A stretch of DNA of 64,000 nucleotides from Eledone cirrhosa (Eukaryota). The stretch lies in contig OZ024740.1 of the NCBI GenBank assembly GCA_964016885.1, positions 403,682,001-403,746,000 on the forward strand, given 5' to 3'. This document shows positions 38,987 through 52,579 of this stretch, piece by piece; positions within the stretch are counted from its first letter, which is position 1; each line of letters opens with the position of its first letter. The notes below the pieces were generated by a model. It saw only the letters and a program-made list of their open reading frames with translations, was not told where the DNA came from and did no database searches. Both the position numbers and the translations under genes were made by a program.

Positions 38987-39108
38987 GTAAGAAACACAGT
39001 AAACCGTGTGTCTAAAATTACAAGGGTTGAAAAACCACATTTGTTTGAAATATTTAACCAAGAAGCAGACAGAATGATAAAATATACAAACGGCCTCAAT
39101 AACCATTT

Positions 39109-39146
<38 letters not shown>

Positions 39147-39150
39147 CAAT

Positions 39151-39183
<33 letters not shown>

Positions 39184-39237
39184 ATATATATATATAATTA
39201 TATATATATATTGTTATACTTTGGGAGGGTCATGTTG

Positions 39238-39305
<68 letters not shown>

Positions 39306-40165
39306 CAATTATATATATATATATATATATATATACTTAATTATATAGAAACATAATTTTAGTATGCTTATACACATTTTTTCTTCTAAATTTGATTTTG
39401 TACCTAATTGTGTATGGTTGACGATATATCTAATCGATTTCCACGTGCTATTAGAAATGCTGGGTAAATATTCTATGGCTGTTGATCGCGGATAGATAGC
39501 TATCGTTTATTTATCTATTGTTTCTTCATAGGTGCCTTTTAATCTTATAGCCCTTTTTAATTGTTTTTTTTTTTGTGTGGTTGATTATGCTGATTGGGAG
39601 AGGAAATAATGTATATATTTTATCAAATGATTCTATGGACATACTTTATCGTATATAATTATATATATATAAATATATTCTTTTCTCTCGCACGCTTGGC
39701 CAGGCCGGTTCCCCTTTTTTCTCTCTCTCGTCTACGATTTCACAGAACTTATGTTCACCGAATTCACGGACTGGACTCCTTCTTCCTCCCGTTTGACCTG
39801 TGCGGAATTCCTTCCTTGCTCACATTTCAACCAGGTTTGATGGTCTTTATTCTCTCTCGTTCACGATTTCACCGAACTTATATTCATGGAAATTTGGGAC
39901 TTGACTCGTTCTTCCTCACTTTTCGTTGCTTTACCATCTTTGTTTATTTACACTCTCGCTGTTCCCTTTATTTACGTGTCCCAACGACTATCTTTAGCCG
40001 TTGCTCGCACCAACCGGAGGTATATGGTCTTTAAAGCGATGAAATACCGATGATGGTTGGAAGATCACTGATGAAGGACTAACTTTATTCATATATATAT
40101 ATATATATACAATTATATATAAAATTATATATATGTATATATATATACAATTATATATATATAAT

Positions 40166-40216
<51 letters not shown>

Positions 40217-40217
40217 G

Positions 40218-40343
<126 letters not shown>

Positions 40344-40370
40344 CACACATATATATATATACATATATAC

Positions 40371-40501
<131 letters not shown>

Positions 40502-40511
40502 AACGAGTAGG

Positions 40512-40607
40512 ACCCCGACGGCTGAGCTCAAGCCGTTTCGACGGCTAATTCTGGACTAAATGAACATTTTTATCCTGGTGTATGAAAAGGCGAGCTTCTC
40601 AGGAGGT
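40512..40607 (-). ncRNA. Family A hammerhead with a CTGAGAA core
   Basis: Inverted copy of 42515-42610 with extra mutations. Confidence 0.55.
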
Positions 40608-40829
40608 AATTCCATATATGGTAAAAGTGATTGTCACAAGGATTGGTCAAAAGTTTGTTGTTGAGACATAATAATTCTATCATGGGAATTTGTGGAGGGA
40701 AGGGGTAGCTGAACCTGCCAGTAGAAGAAAGAGGGAGAGGGGGTGGAGGAAACCCAGTCGTGCGTTGATAGTGCCAACTACAGCTGGGCAGGAGGTCAAA
40801 GAAGATACTAGGGAGGGGGAGGGGGAAAC

Positions 40830-41340
40830 ACTTGTGCCCATCACCGACCAGGAAACAAACATCATCCTCCACGCCAGGAAGACAGTCTTACTCTTCGACA
40901 ACTCCAAATGGATAAAGAGAGCTCCCGACTCACCCTTCGACGTCAGCATGGGCGCGACGGATTCGGCTGAGGTCACAGATCTTATAGGATTATTCCTAAT
41001 AGCCAAACCCACCGATATGTTTCCTGCATTCGGCGGTGGATTGTACCGTGATGATGGGCTCCTTACCCTTAAAGGGTACAACCCCAGTAGTACAGATCGG
41101 GTCCGTAAACAATTAATCAGCTTCTTCCGCGACTGGGGATTTAAAATAACCCTACAAACGTCCCTGACCCGAGTAAACTTCCTGGACGTTACCCTTGACC
41201 TCGATGATGATCTGTACTAACCATACAGGAAACCTAACGACAACCTGCACTACATCCACCGCCGGTCAAACCATCCTAGAAACATCACCAATAACCTGGT
41301 TAAAAACATCTCCCTCCGCATATCTCGTTTGTCAGCTAAT
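40830..41340 (+). pseudogene. Penelope RT palm/thumb fragment
   Basis: FDVSMGATDSAEVTDLIG, GGLYRDDGL, VNFLDVTLDL, PYRKPND...SNHP. Confidence 0.88.
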
Positions 41341-42514
41341 AGACTAGGGCTATAACACCCCACTTGCCGATTTTGTAATGGATAACCCCTGCTTGCAAAG
41401 GTAGATGTAAGATCTTCTTTTATATCTTTTCATCGCTTCCTCTATATTTCCTTCTTCCCCCCATCCCTCCCTAGTCCTTCCACCCCAGTCCTCTTTCTTT
41501 GTCGTCGTCCTTTTCACTTTCTCGCCCACCCGAGGCAGCTCCTCGGTCCTTTGTAGCCTCAGTACCCCCACCCCTTCCCCTATTCTATGAAAGATTTGGC
41601 CGACTCCGCTTTTTATAGCAGATGTGTTAGACCCCGGATACTTGCCTTCTTATCCGATGGAAAAGGCTGCCCCTTTTCCGTGCTTTCTATATTTCTTAGT
41701 GGTATATTTGCTTTAATTTCTCGTATATCAGTATTTATTTTTTTTTTTCCGGGGGGGGGGGGGGGGGGGATTCTGAATTAATTTTTCGTATCAAATTTTA
41801 CATATACTTCGTACGAGCATTTATGTAGGTTGCACTAGAATTTTTGTATCGTGGCGGCACCCTTAGAGATAGTATTAGTATTCTTTTTCGGGATTCTGAA
41901 TTATTATTTCGTATTAGTTTATTTTTTTTGCACTGGGTGGTTACTGGCCTTGTGCCTGGGGTAGAAACCTTTATTTCGTACTGGTCTCGGGACTCTGAAT
42001 TATTATTTCGTGGTAGTTTCTTTAGTATTTTGCCCCCCCCCCCCCCCACTTGTTGACCCGTCACCGTAAGATATACTCGGTCGATTACTTATACCTCTTA
42101 AAAGGGTCTCATCATAATTCCATCCCACCTAGTAAACCTTTCTTTAGTCTAGCAGTACCAGTGAGAGACTTGATAGCTGTCCTTAGGTTATAGTAACCAG
42201 AAATTGTTTTTTTTTTACATTTAATTGTTTTTTAACACTCTCGGTATTTTTCTATATATTTACCCCATATTGTTCTACTTATTGTTTCGACTTCCACCCC
42301 CTCCCCCTCCCTAGTATCTTCTTTGACCTCCTGCCCAGCTGTAGTTGGCACTATCAACGCACGACTGGGTTTCCTCCACCCCCTCTCCCTCTTTCTTCTA
42401 CTGGCAGGTTCAGCTACCTCTTCCCTCCACAAATTGCCATGATAGAATTATTATGTCTCAACAACAAACTTTTGACCAATCCTTGTGACAATCACTTTTA
42501 CCATATATGGAATT

Positions 42515-42610
42515 ACCCCCTGAGAAGCTCGGCTATTCATATACCAGGATAAAAATTTTCATTTAGTCCAGAATTAGCCGTCGAAACAGCTTGAGCTCAG
42601 CCGTCGGGGT
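42515..42610 (+). ncRNA. Family A hammerhead with a CTGAGAA core
   Basis: ACCCC-CTGAGAA-GCTCGGCTA...TAGCCGTC-GAAA-CAGCT TGAGCTC AGCCG-TC-GGGGT. Confidence 0.62.
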
Positions 42611-42700
42611 CCTACTCGTTCCTATTACCCACTCTACTACCCTAAGTATTGAGTACTTTGGTGCGTTATGGTCCACCTGGTTCCTTACCACATTTCCTTC

Positions 42701-42758
<58 letters not shown>

Positions 42759-42759
42759 T

Positions 42760-44602
42760 ATTGAAATTTCCGTTGGAAACAGAAAAGGTCATAGAAATGA
42801 AGAGTGTTCTATGTAAGTATCAGAGCAAAATTTAATGTATAAAAATCAATACAATATAATTACCTCATTACCAGAGGTTTCCCGAATGAAGCGAATACGA
42901 AATAAACGACTTCATTCGTTCGTCAGACGAGGCAATATAAAACATGGGCAAATACTTAGAAAAAACACATCAAGAAAATCAAAAAAAGATATAGATAAAT
43001 GAAATAGAAATTGAAATATATAAAAATCTATCAAGAAATATAGTTAGGTGTGTGTATATGTATGTATATACGCTCCCAGATGTGCATATATGTATATGTG
43101 TACATGTACATGTATAGTGAGAAAGTGTGCGTAATTCTAAAATAGGGCAAATGTATCTATATGTCTGTATTATACAAACAGAAATGGTTACATCGTAAAT
43201 ATACGAATATGAAGGCGCGCGCATAAAACGCCTGGACACTCGTACGCTTAGGTGCGGAAAGAAAGGAGGTAAGGGAGTGTAATAATTAAAAGAAAAGGGT
43301 CAGTCTCGATATATTTATAAAAATATAATAACGATAAATTAGAAAGAAAAAATTAAAGAAAACAAAAAAGGGGGGTATATACATACACAGACACGCGTGT
43401 CTCACAAAAGAAATGTAAAAATAATTATGCTTATATAAACACGCGCACTTACACTTCCATACGTTCGATACGTATATACACACACACACACACACATACC
43501 TATACTCACGCATATAAACCTGTTTACATGCCCACGTATGAAACTGAGTAAGTAAAAAAAGGAAGGGGGGAGAAGAAAAAAGGAACAAAACATAAAACCG
43601 AGATGTCAAAAACACGGATATAAAGACACGTACACATACGCATAATATATACATACACACACACACAAACACCTGTACACACACACACATATACACATAC
43701 ACACACACATATACATACACACACATACACACACGCACGCGCGCGCACATACGTAGTCACTCATGTACATATATAAAAAGTATACACACATTAAGGCGTT
43801 CAGCCATATTGAAATGTGGATAAATAAGTACAAATATAAAATTGTAAGATAGGCTGCGCAAAAATAAAATAAAAATGAAAATATCTGGATTGAAAAACAC
43901 AAAAGACATGTGTAATCAGTTAGTGGAGGAAAAGGGGAAGTAAAAGAAGGGGAAGTAAAAAATAGAAAATAGGAAGTGGATCGGAGAATAAAGGGGGGGG
44001 GGGAAATGTGAAGTAAAAATAAATAAAAGTGAAAATAAATGAAATTATTGACAAGGATAAAAATGAAAGTAAGTCAGAAAGGGTAATTAAAAAGAGAATA
44101 ATAAGAGTTTATGGAGGATAAGTATCTGAAAGTGTGTTAAGTTTATATGAGCTGGAAAGCAGGTGTGATTTCATGTGTGGGCAACTGGTGAAAATTTCCG
44201 TCTTTGTGTTCAGGCAGGTCTTTGGTGATTTAAGATTTTGCAATATCCAAAATTTTTCATTTATGCAGAGCGTGCATTTTCTTGTTCCTCTAGCATATTT
44301 TTTAGATTGGTTCAAAATTGACCAATCTAGTTTATATTGGATGCCTTGGTCTTTCAAATCCCAAATTCTGCTAGCCAGAGCTGTTGTAAATCTTTTTTCT
44401 GGATGTCGAAAGGATGCGACATGTGAGTAATAACGCGTTTTGAATCTGTCTTGCGTCATACCCACATATCGTTCACTGGTGGCTGGATGGTTGTTGCTGA
44501 TGGTTGTCACTTTAGCCGCATATACAATGGCTTTGGTGTTGCATTTACCTTGTAATGGGCATTCACTTTTGATTCTACAGGAGCAAGTTTGATTTTCTCT
44601 AG
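42760..44602 (-). mobile_element. Penelope family D 3' fragment (GIY-YIG, 3' UTR and hammerhead)
   Basis: 44109-44600: CSC...CPLQGKC, IVYAA...YVGMT...[17 protein letters not shown]...CPH; hammerhead downstream on the same strand. Confidence 0.82.
42863..42932 (-). ncRNA. Canonical type I hammerhead ribozyme
   Basis: CCTCGT-CTGACGA-ACGAATGAAG...CTTCATTCGG-GAAA-CC TCT GG-TA-ATGAGG; GUA triplet; all three stems pair. Confidence 0.85.
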
Positions 44603-44684
44603 GTATATATATACATATATATATATACATATATATATATATACATATATATATATACATATATATATATACATATATATATAC

Positions 44685-44715
<31 letters not shown>

Positions 44716-44774
44716 CATATATATATAAATATATACATATATATATATAAATACATATATATATACGTACATAC

Positions 44775-44809
<35 letters not shown>

Positions 44810-45209
44810 CATATATATACATATATATATACATATATATATACATATATATACATATATACATATTCAAATCAACAGACAGCGAAAGACGCGTTCCGAG
44901 TTGTCCGACAGACAACCTTTTCCCCCACCCCGGAAAAAACCCCAGTTGATGGATGTGAATCCGAAATATATAGGGACTATTAAATCTCTCCCAAGGTAAC
45001 TCTCTCTCTTGTGTTGTTATTATTATTTTTATTCTTTTACTCTTCCCTTCATTCTACACATCTCACACATCTTATACACACCACGCATCTCAACGTACAC
45101 CCACTTACATATCTCTCTCTCCACCACCGGACCTTGTTACCCGGAGATTTACCCATTTGCATTGTCGAGGTTTCCAAACGACTTATAAATATTTACTATA
45201 TACATATAT

Positions 45210-45285
<76 letters not shown>

Positions 45286-45639
45286 GCCTGTGCCTGCGCG
45301 TGTGCTTGGAACGATGAGAGTTGACATACACGCAATGACCCCCAGCACCAACACCACTACCAACACAAGGGAGGAGGTCAGCTCTACTTAACAAAACCAA
45401 CCACAACAGATTACCTTGCCTCAGAAAAAATTTCGATAGACTTTTGACTGAGGAATGTCCTCACAACTGACCAATGGGAGGAGAGAGTGTCCTTTGACGC
45501 CGAAATTCGTTTGTTCGAATTCATATGATTCCAGTTCCTCAGAGAAATAACAAACCAACCAGGAACTGGGCATATCGGAGTATTGACGGAGTTAAACACC
45601 CCAGCAACATGTGTACCTGTCTCTAGCACACCAATTCGG

Positions 45640-45694
45640 ACTGCCTGAAGAGGTCACAGCCAAGGATGGCTGTCACCGAAATATATATAGCAGT
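45640..45694 (+). ncRNA. Type I hammerhead ribozyme
   Basis: ACTGC-CTGAAGA-GGTCACAGCCA AGGA TGGCTGTCACC-GAAA-TATATA-TA-GCAGT, followed by AATAAA. Confidence 0.85.
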
Positions 45695-45844
45695 ACACCT
45701 TTAATAAACGGAGCCAAATTTTAAATATTTGACTTATTTATTTTATTTTACATTACTCCGGAGTAAAACTACCAACCTGCGCACTTCGTCGAGTGCTCCA
45801 AACTGCATACTTAGGTGTCGGTAAACAACCAACATAAACTCAAA

Positions 45845-45881
<37 letters not shown>

Positions 45882-45940
45882 GAGAGAGGAAGAAGGGGAG
45901 AGAGAGTGAAAGAAAGCGAGGGAGAGGGAGAGAAAGAAAT

Positions 45941-46013
<73 letters not shown>

Positions 46014-46037
46014 CCTAACATAAAGGAATATGTTGTT

Positions 46038-46087
46038 TCTGTCTGAGGAACCGGCTGTGCTCACCGGGTAAACTCCATAGTAACAGA
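46038..46087 (+). ncRNA. Hammerhead-like motif with GAAA changed to TAAA
   Basis: TCTGT-CTGAGGA-ACCGG...CCGGG-TAAA-CT CCAT AG-TA-ACAGA. Confidence 0.5.
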
Positions 46088-46384
46088 CTCCCGGATCAGC
46101 CGAAATAAATGTATCAATTCATCAGTTATAATAATTTCCGTTGTGTATTTTTTTAATATTTCCTGTAATGTAGTACGAAGCGTTTAAACCACAAGGTCTC
46201 TCTCTCTCTATATATATATACATGTAAAGTTATATTTAAAAATTGTTGGGTTACAACTAGTAAATATTTATAACTGATATAAAAGCACTCGACAAATATT
46301 TGGAGTATATTTACAATATTAAATATGAAGTCGATGTTTATTACGGTATGTCGAATATATTTATCTATAAAACTGTTTATATTG

Positions 46385-46450
46385 TATTTTGTCTGATGAA
46401 GGCATAGCATATTGTTAATATGATATCCCCGAAATATATATAATGAAATA
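46385..46450 (+). ncRNA. Type I hammerhead motif
   Basis: TATTTTGT-CTGATGA-AGGCATAGCATATT GTT AATATGATATCCCC-GAAA-TATATA-TA-ATGAAATA. Confidence 0.7.
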
Positions 46451-46977
46451 GATATGGTTTTATAAATATAGTTTTCCATTTATTTAATATTGTATATATA
46501 TATATATATATATATATTTATTTATTTATCTATTACTCCTTCTCTCTCGCCCTCAAACCCACATTTGTGATCATATGAATTTGTTTCGTAGTTTATATCT
46601 CGATATATCACTGTATACGAAAGTATGTAAAAGGAAAATTATAAGAACTAACATTGACATATTTGATTTTGCGGTTTAATACAATAATGTTTGTTCTCTA
46701 CACAATAGCGAAGGTGATAGATTAGCAGAATCGTTAGAGCATCGGATATAATAATTTACGACGTTTGTTCCCGCTTTTTACATTGTGAGTTGAAATTCCG
46801 CGGGGGACAACTTTGTTTTTCATCATTTTGGAGTATAATTCAAATACTGAGGTCAATATAATCCACTTTCCCCTTCCCGCTAATTGCTGGCCTTATGCCT
46901 TTATTACAAACCATTTCCTCCTAAACAGTAGGCTGGTTGGTGTTCATTATTCACAAACAGTGGAAACATTAATCAGA

Positions 46978-47172
46978 AAGGCGGTGGATTGGCAGTATCA
47001 GTAGAGGGTCTGACGCCATGCTTTATAGCAAAGAGTTACGGCCCTTTACGGCCTGAGTTCAAATCCCGCCGAGGTTAACTTTGCCTTTCATCCTTACGGG
47101 GTCGATAAAATAAACTACCAGTAATACACTAGGATAATTGCTGGCCTTGTGCCAAAAGTAGAAACAATTAAC
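46978..47172 (+). mobile_element. tRNA-derived SINE
   Basis: GAGTTCAAATCCCGCCGAGGTTAACTTTGCCTTTCATCC; degenerate relatives at 46705-46900, 47400-47715 and 49295-49460. Confidence 0.8.
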
Positions 47173-47714
47173 CAGAAACAGTATACAAACCAGAACGGAA
47201 GTGATGATCGATGTGATTAGTAGAGACTTGAAATAGCCCAGCACCAAACTCCTAATGATATTCAAAATGGTATCGATTTTCAAATGAAATCGCTTTTTTT
47301 CGTTTTTCTAGAAACCCACTGATACTCCATCCCGTACTTTCAGAGTAAATACTTTGTAGTGAATTACATATTGTTTCCAGCATAGAAATAACAATTCTAG
47401 ATGTGTGAAAGGCAAAGCTGATCTCAGCGGTATTAGAACTCAGAACGTACAGGATCATAACTAAATACCGCAAAGCATTTTGTCCAATGCCCTAAAGATA
47501 CTGCCAATGTACCACTCAAAGCGAATCCCTTATATTCATTTCTTATTTAGACACAAGGCCAACACATTTTGACGGGTACTTTATTTTATCGGCTCCGGAA
47601 GAATGAATGACAAAATTGATTTCGGCAGGATCTGAACTCAAAAAGTAAATAGCTAGAACCAATACTGAAATGGACTTTTTCCGATGCTCTACCAATTCTG
47701 CCAATCTACCGCCC

Positions 47715-47990
47715 TTCGGGAGCCTCCCAAAAGTCAGCTCGAAAGTAACACAGAGGAGACTGAGGTTAGCTGGACATGCTCACCGACATCCAGAGTTGAC
47801 ACTGCACTCAGTGCTCCTGCGGGAGCCCCTGCATGGACACACTGGAAGAGGAAAACCGAGGTTAACATATGTTGATGCCCTAAGGACAGACTCTGGTCTG
47901 TTGGAGACGCAGGACATGGCAGCGATAATGAGGGACAGAACCGCTGGAGAGAACTCGTCCATGGATCGTGAATTTTACCCGCCTTAGATA
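47715..47990 (+). mobile_element. RTE-clade LINE 3' fragment
   Basis: QRRLRLAGHAHRHPE...GRGKPRLTYVD, ending in (GATA)n. Confidence 0.65.
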
Positions 47991-50329
47991 GATAGATAGA
48001 TATTTTCAATATTGTTAATCAGTTTTAAAATCAATGTCTTTGAGATAATGAAGAACAATTCTCTTGGAAATTTTAAACGGATTATCGAGAATAACTGCTA
48101 TGTATCATAAAATTATAACATAACGGAAATTAACTATTCCAAAACGGTTATACCGACATACCTATGTATTAGGCATCACCTCCCGTCATTAGATAGAAAT
48201 TAATAACTTAAAAAATTTAATTGCATGTTTGAAAATATATATGGTGTTGTTATTGATTTAATATCGTTGCTCATTGTTGAATGAGGTCTAAATAAGATAA
48301 TAACACAAGTTTTTGTGGGTGAGGATTCATGTCTGTCGAATGTTTAAGAAGTTTGCTTTTCAATCATAAAGTGCGGGGTTCGATCCAACTAACATGGAGA
48401 AGTGTCATTTAACATAGCCTCGAGTTGACCTAAGTTTTGTGGGTGAAACCGAATAGATGGAAGCTGTGTTACTTCTTGTTGAATAGACTGTATCTGTAAT
48501 TCAAAGGTCCAGACTTGTTACACAGTGTCATGTAGAATCTCCCTGAGAATTACGCACTGGCACGTGTATTTGTAGAATTCTCAATCACTTGCACATGAAT
48601 CTCACGAGAAGATTGTTCCGTAGATAGAACAGCTGGAATATTCATCATCGTAACCGACGGAGATTTATTCTATTCTATGAATTTGTGTCTGTCATTCTAA
48701 ACATGTCGGTCCTGAAAAGGTTCATTAAAGTGTTTGAGAAAGAAGGAAGCTGGTCACATCAGTATTAATTGGGACCACATGAAGATAATGAAAAAGGACC
48801 AACAAAATATTTCAATTTTACATGTGAACAATTAGGTATTAACACAGTGGCTCAGCCTGATACACTTTCAGCAAATGAACTCAATTCTACCCAAATATTA
48901 TTATAATAGGTGAACATACCGGAATAATACTGAATGTAGCAAGCAAAACAAAATCGAGCTAGGTACGATTTGAATACCGTTAGAATGATGCAGATTTATC
49001 GCATACAAATACGTGCACTGTCAGAACGTAACAAGCAATGGGTCTACCCGAAATGAGATAGAATTCCCTTGAATGGTGTTTTCAAAAATACTCAGACAAA
49101 TACAATCAAACAAGAGCATTTACAAAACAATTCATATAGATACACAATTTTATAGTAATAATAATCGTTTCTGGTTGTTACTCAAAATTTAGTAGTCATA
49201 ATCAATGGAGGATTTGCTCTAATGATTTCAGATGAGGGATAGCTAGTTTATTTAATAAAGCTAGGGATATTCAAGCACTTCTAAAGTAACAGCGAAGGCA
49301 ATGAATTAATAGAGTCATTGGTATATCGGGGGGCAGAATGCTTTGCGTTATTCGTTCCGGCTCACTGGGCTATGAGTCTAAATGCCACCGAGGTTAAATA
49401 TGCTTTTCATCCTTTCGGGGTGAATAAAACAGTACCAGTTCAATATAGGGTCGATTCTTCCGCTATATCTCTTTCTTACTTTCTTTCTGACACTTCCCTT
49501 TTCTGGAAGAAATAGATTGTGTTCAAACCTGAAGAAGAGATGGGCTGTGGCTGGTGTAAAATATCTACGAAACACTATATGTCACTACGGCACCCCTACA
49601 ACTTCACATGAAGTTGTGGGAGTAAAAGAAGAAAGTTACAACATACTTGGAGGTCATACTTGTGTTTACTATCTACCGTGTTATAAAACCTTTAATGGTT
49701 TTAGCTGGATGGACAGAGCCATTAAAACATAAGACCCGAAAGACTTATTAGCTCTCAGAATGCAATATCATGATATTATATTATCTCCCATCCACTCAAA
49801 ATCATCATGACTTAGAACGACATATTTAATTGCTTATACATCTTTGGATATTTCTAAATCTGAAGCAGCTGCATTTGAAGTGTTTATCGGGGAATTCGCA
49901 ACTCTGAATCGTGTTTATATGAATTGAGTTAACCTATATGTTTAATGTCCTGTCTGGATTGATCACATATTACATTCGTCCTCTGTTTTGATTAGAGTAT
50001 AAAACAACACCAATTCTTTCAATAGGAGTTATTTTAAGTCCATCTGATGCTTTTTGCAAGTACAGACATGCTATATTGTCTCCTGGTCAAATATAGATTA
50101 AATGACTAGACAAGTGAAGACGATAGTACATATTAATGGCCTTCATTTCTAAACCCATCCTCTCTTTCCTTTTCCACATTTCTTCTTTTGTCTTCCACCT
50201 TTTTGTTTTAGAATCTTTGTTTATGAAAATGTATTTTATAACTATAACTGAACTTTTAAGATATGACTATCCACATTTATGAGATCAGCTAATTTCCTTG
50301 ATCTCTTTTAGAAAAACAAATCTGAAAAG

Positions 50330-50550
50330 GCATTCGTAAGTTTTATATCGAATAATGATGATATTCGATTCGTTTGTAAGCAAACAGACTCATTAAGTTT
50401 TTTTTTTTTTTAATGACCATCGCCATCCTTTTGTTCTAGCAATGACTGCTAGAACAAAAGGATGGTGATGGCCATCTAAAAACACATGAGACTGTTTGCT
50501 TGTAAACGAATCGAATATTATTGCTACTCTATATAAAACTCACGAATGCA
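50330..50550. mobile_element. MITE-like hairpin
   Basis: CCATCCTTTTGTTCTAGCA/TGCTAGAACAAAAGGATGG core; arms share ATATTCGATTCGTTTG with 19738-19895. Confidence 0.65.
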
Positions 50551-50778
50551 TTTATGTATCTGCTATGTTAGAGCGAAAAACTAAATTCTAAATCTGAAAA
50601 AATTACCAATGAATCAAGGAATGAAATATATTTGGTTTTAGCTTTAATGGAATACTAGCAGAATGGCTCGGCGTTGCTCGGGATTTGCTCTAGGGTTCTT
50701 ATATATTTTATATATATTTATCCTTCTCGAGCCTCGTAAAGTAAATACGTTTGTTTATATTTTGACACTGACAAAGGG

Positions 50779-51397
50779 TGTTGAACAAACGAGCAACGAT
50801 GGTTGCTAGACACTACGGCTTAATACGGGATGTTTGTTTACAAACACACCGAGCATTAAAATAAATGTTCGGTGAATCCATACGTACATATATATATATG
50901 TGTGCATGTATGTATATATATATATACATACTACTGTACGTCTGAATACATATATGTATGTACGTATACATACTTATATTTAAGTAACAGCCGTACTAAG
51001 AGTGGGAAATGAAATTTCGTTTCATTTTTTTCCGTTTATCGTTTTCGGTGCACCCGGCCGATTAACCCACACGATATGCAAATTAGACTGCTCAGCCGTT
51101 AATATGCATAAGGAAAGTATATACTTTCAGACGTTCAATCATCTGGCAGGAAGGTATACGTTGCTGACGATAGCTAATAAGCTTGAAACTAGTACAGCGT
51201 TCCTTTGTCAGTGTTGAACAAAAGAGCAACGATGGTTGCTAGACACTACGGCTTAATACGGGATGTTTGTTTACAAACACACCGAGCATTATAATAAATG
51301 TTCGGTGAATCCATACGTACATATATATGTGCATGTATGTATATATATATACATACTACTGTACGTCTGTAGACATATATGTATGTACGTATACATA

Positions 51398-51400
<3 letters not shown>
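50779..51400 (+). repeat. ~433-bp direct repeat (about 1.5 units) containing a hammerhead
   Basis: TGTTGAACAAA.GAGCAACGATGGTTGCTAGAC... at 50779 and 51212. Confidence 0.85.
51158..51200 (+). ncRNA. Minimal type I hammerhead ribozyme
   Basis: ACGTTG-CTGACGA-TAGCT AATA AGCTT-GAAA-CTAG-TA-CAGCGT; palindromic stem III, GUA triplet. Confidence 0.85.
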
Positions 51401-51489
<89 letters not shown>

Positions 51490-51500
51490 TAACAGATTAA

Positions 51501-51551
51501 AGTTTAAACAAAGAATCGCTGCTTTCACCCTTAACGGGATCTTCTGAAACT
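51501..51551 (-). ncRNA. Family B hammerhead (U4A core)
   Basis: AGTTT-CAGAAGA-TCCC GTTAA GGGT-GAAA-GCA GCGATTCTT TGT-TT-AAACT, in a solo pLTR piece at 51484-51600. Confidence 0.65.
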
Positions 51552-51600
51552 AAAATAATAAATCTGTGAACGCAGAAGTAAATATTTCGAAAAACGTTAC

Positions 51601-51736
<136 letters not shown>

Positions 51737-52579
51737 CGTCATAATGACGTAATGCAGATATTATAAGGGCGCAACGTAATATTTTTGTATCTATCTAAAA
51801 AGAGAAAGACTAAGAGAGAGAGAAAGACATCGTTAAATCGCCTAACGCGGTCCCTAGGGCATTGAAAATTTGGAATTTTTTTGCTCAAAACACTCAATAG
51901 GACCATAAGTATTACATGTGTAAACTTTGAAATCAATCGGTTGGGTAGTTCTCGAGTTTTAGTGATTTTACAGACAGACAGACAGACAAACAGACATTCT
52001 CTGTTTTAGATGACGTATATTCTTGCGGCTAATATGTTACGTGACATATTCCAGTTCGTTTATATTAGGATTGTGCTCTTGTTATCATGCCTCTCCCTTT
52101 TTGCAACAATTACTCATTGCTATTCCCCTACGACATGTTAGTATATGTACTTTGTACAAAATTAGTCATAAATACTACAGCTATAATAGAAAATACTTAC
52201 TCTATATACCAAACAGTTGGATTCATCTTGAAACCAAACAGTTGCTAAACGAAACTATTACTCTTACAGTCAGTGGCGGACTGTCCAGGTTGCCAGGTTG
52301 CCCAATGTCACGTGGGCCCCAGGTGGTCCATGGTAGCATTGCAAGAACCCACAGTAGCATTGCTTCATGAACTTGTTGAGTGCTCTAAATCTGCTATAAG
52401 CATTTATACCCTTTTCTAAATATATATTTTTTTATTTATTATTTGTCGTATTCCCAACTTTTAATTTTCACTTTTATTTTTATTTTTATATATACAATAT
52501 TTTTTTAATATATATACAATATTTATTTTTTATATATATATATATAATAATAATGTTCTTTCTCATATATATATATATA

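Noticed and set aside
49529-49590. CTGAAGA...GAAACAC...GTC hammerhead-like string
   Set aside because: No stem I pairing
48000-50300. Possible host exon in the least repetitive stretch
   Set aside because: No convincing ORF or splice-bounded exon; a small exon cannot be excluded without RNA-seq
52270-52330. hAT-like terminus CAGTGGCGGA
   Set aside because: No matching opposite terminus found
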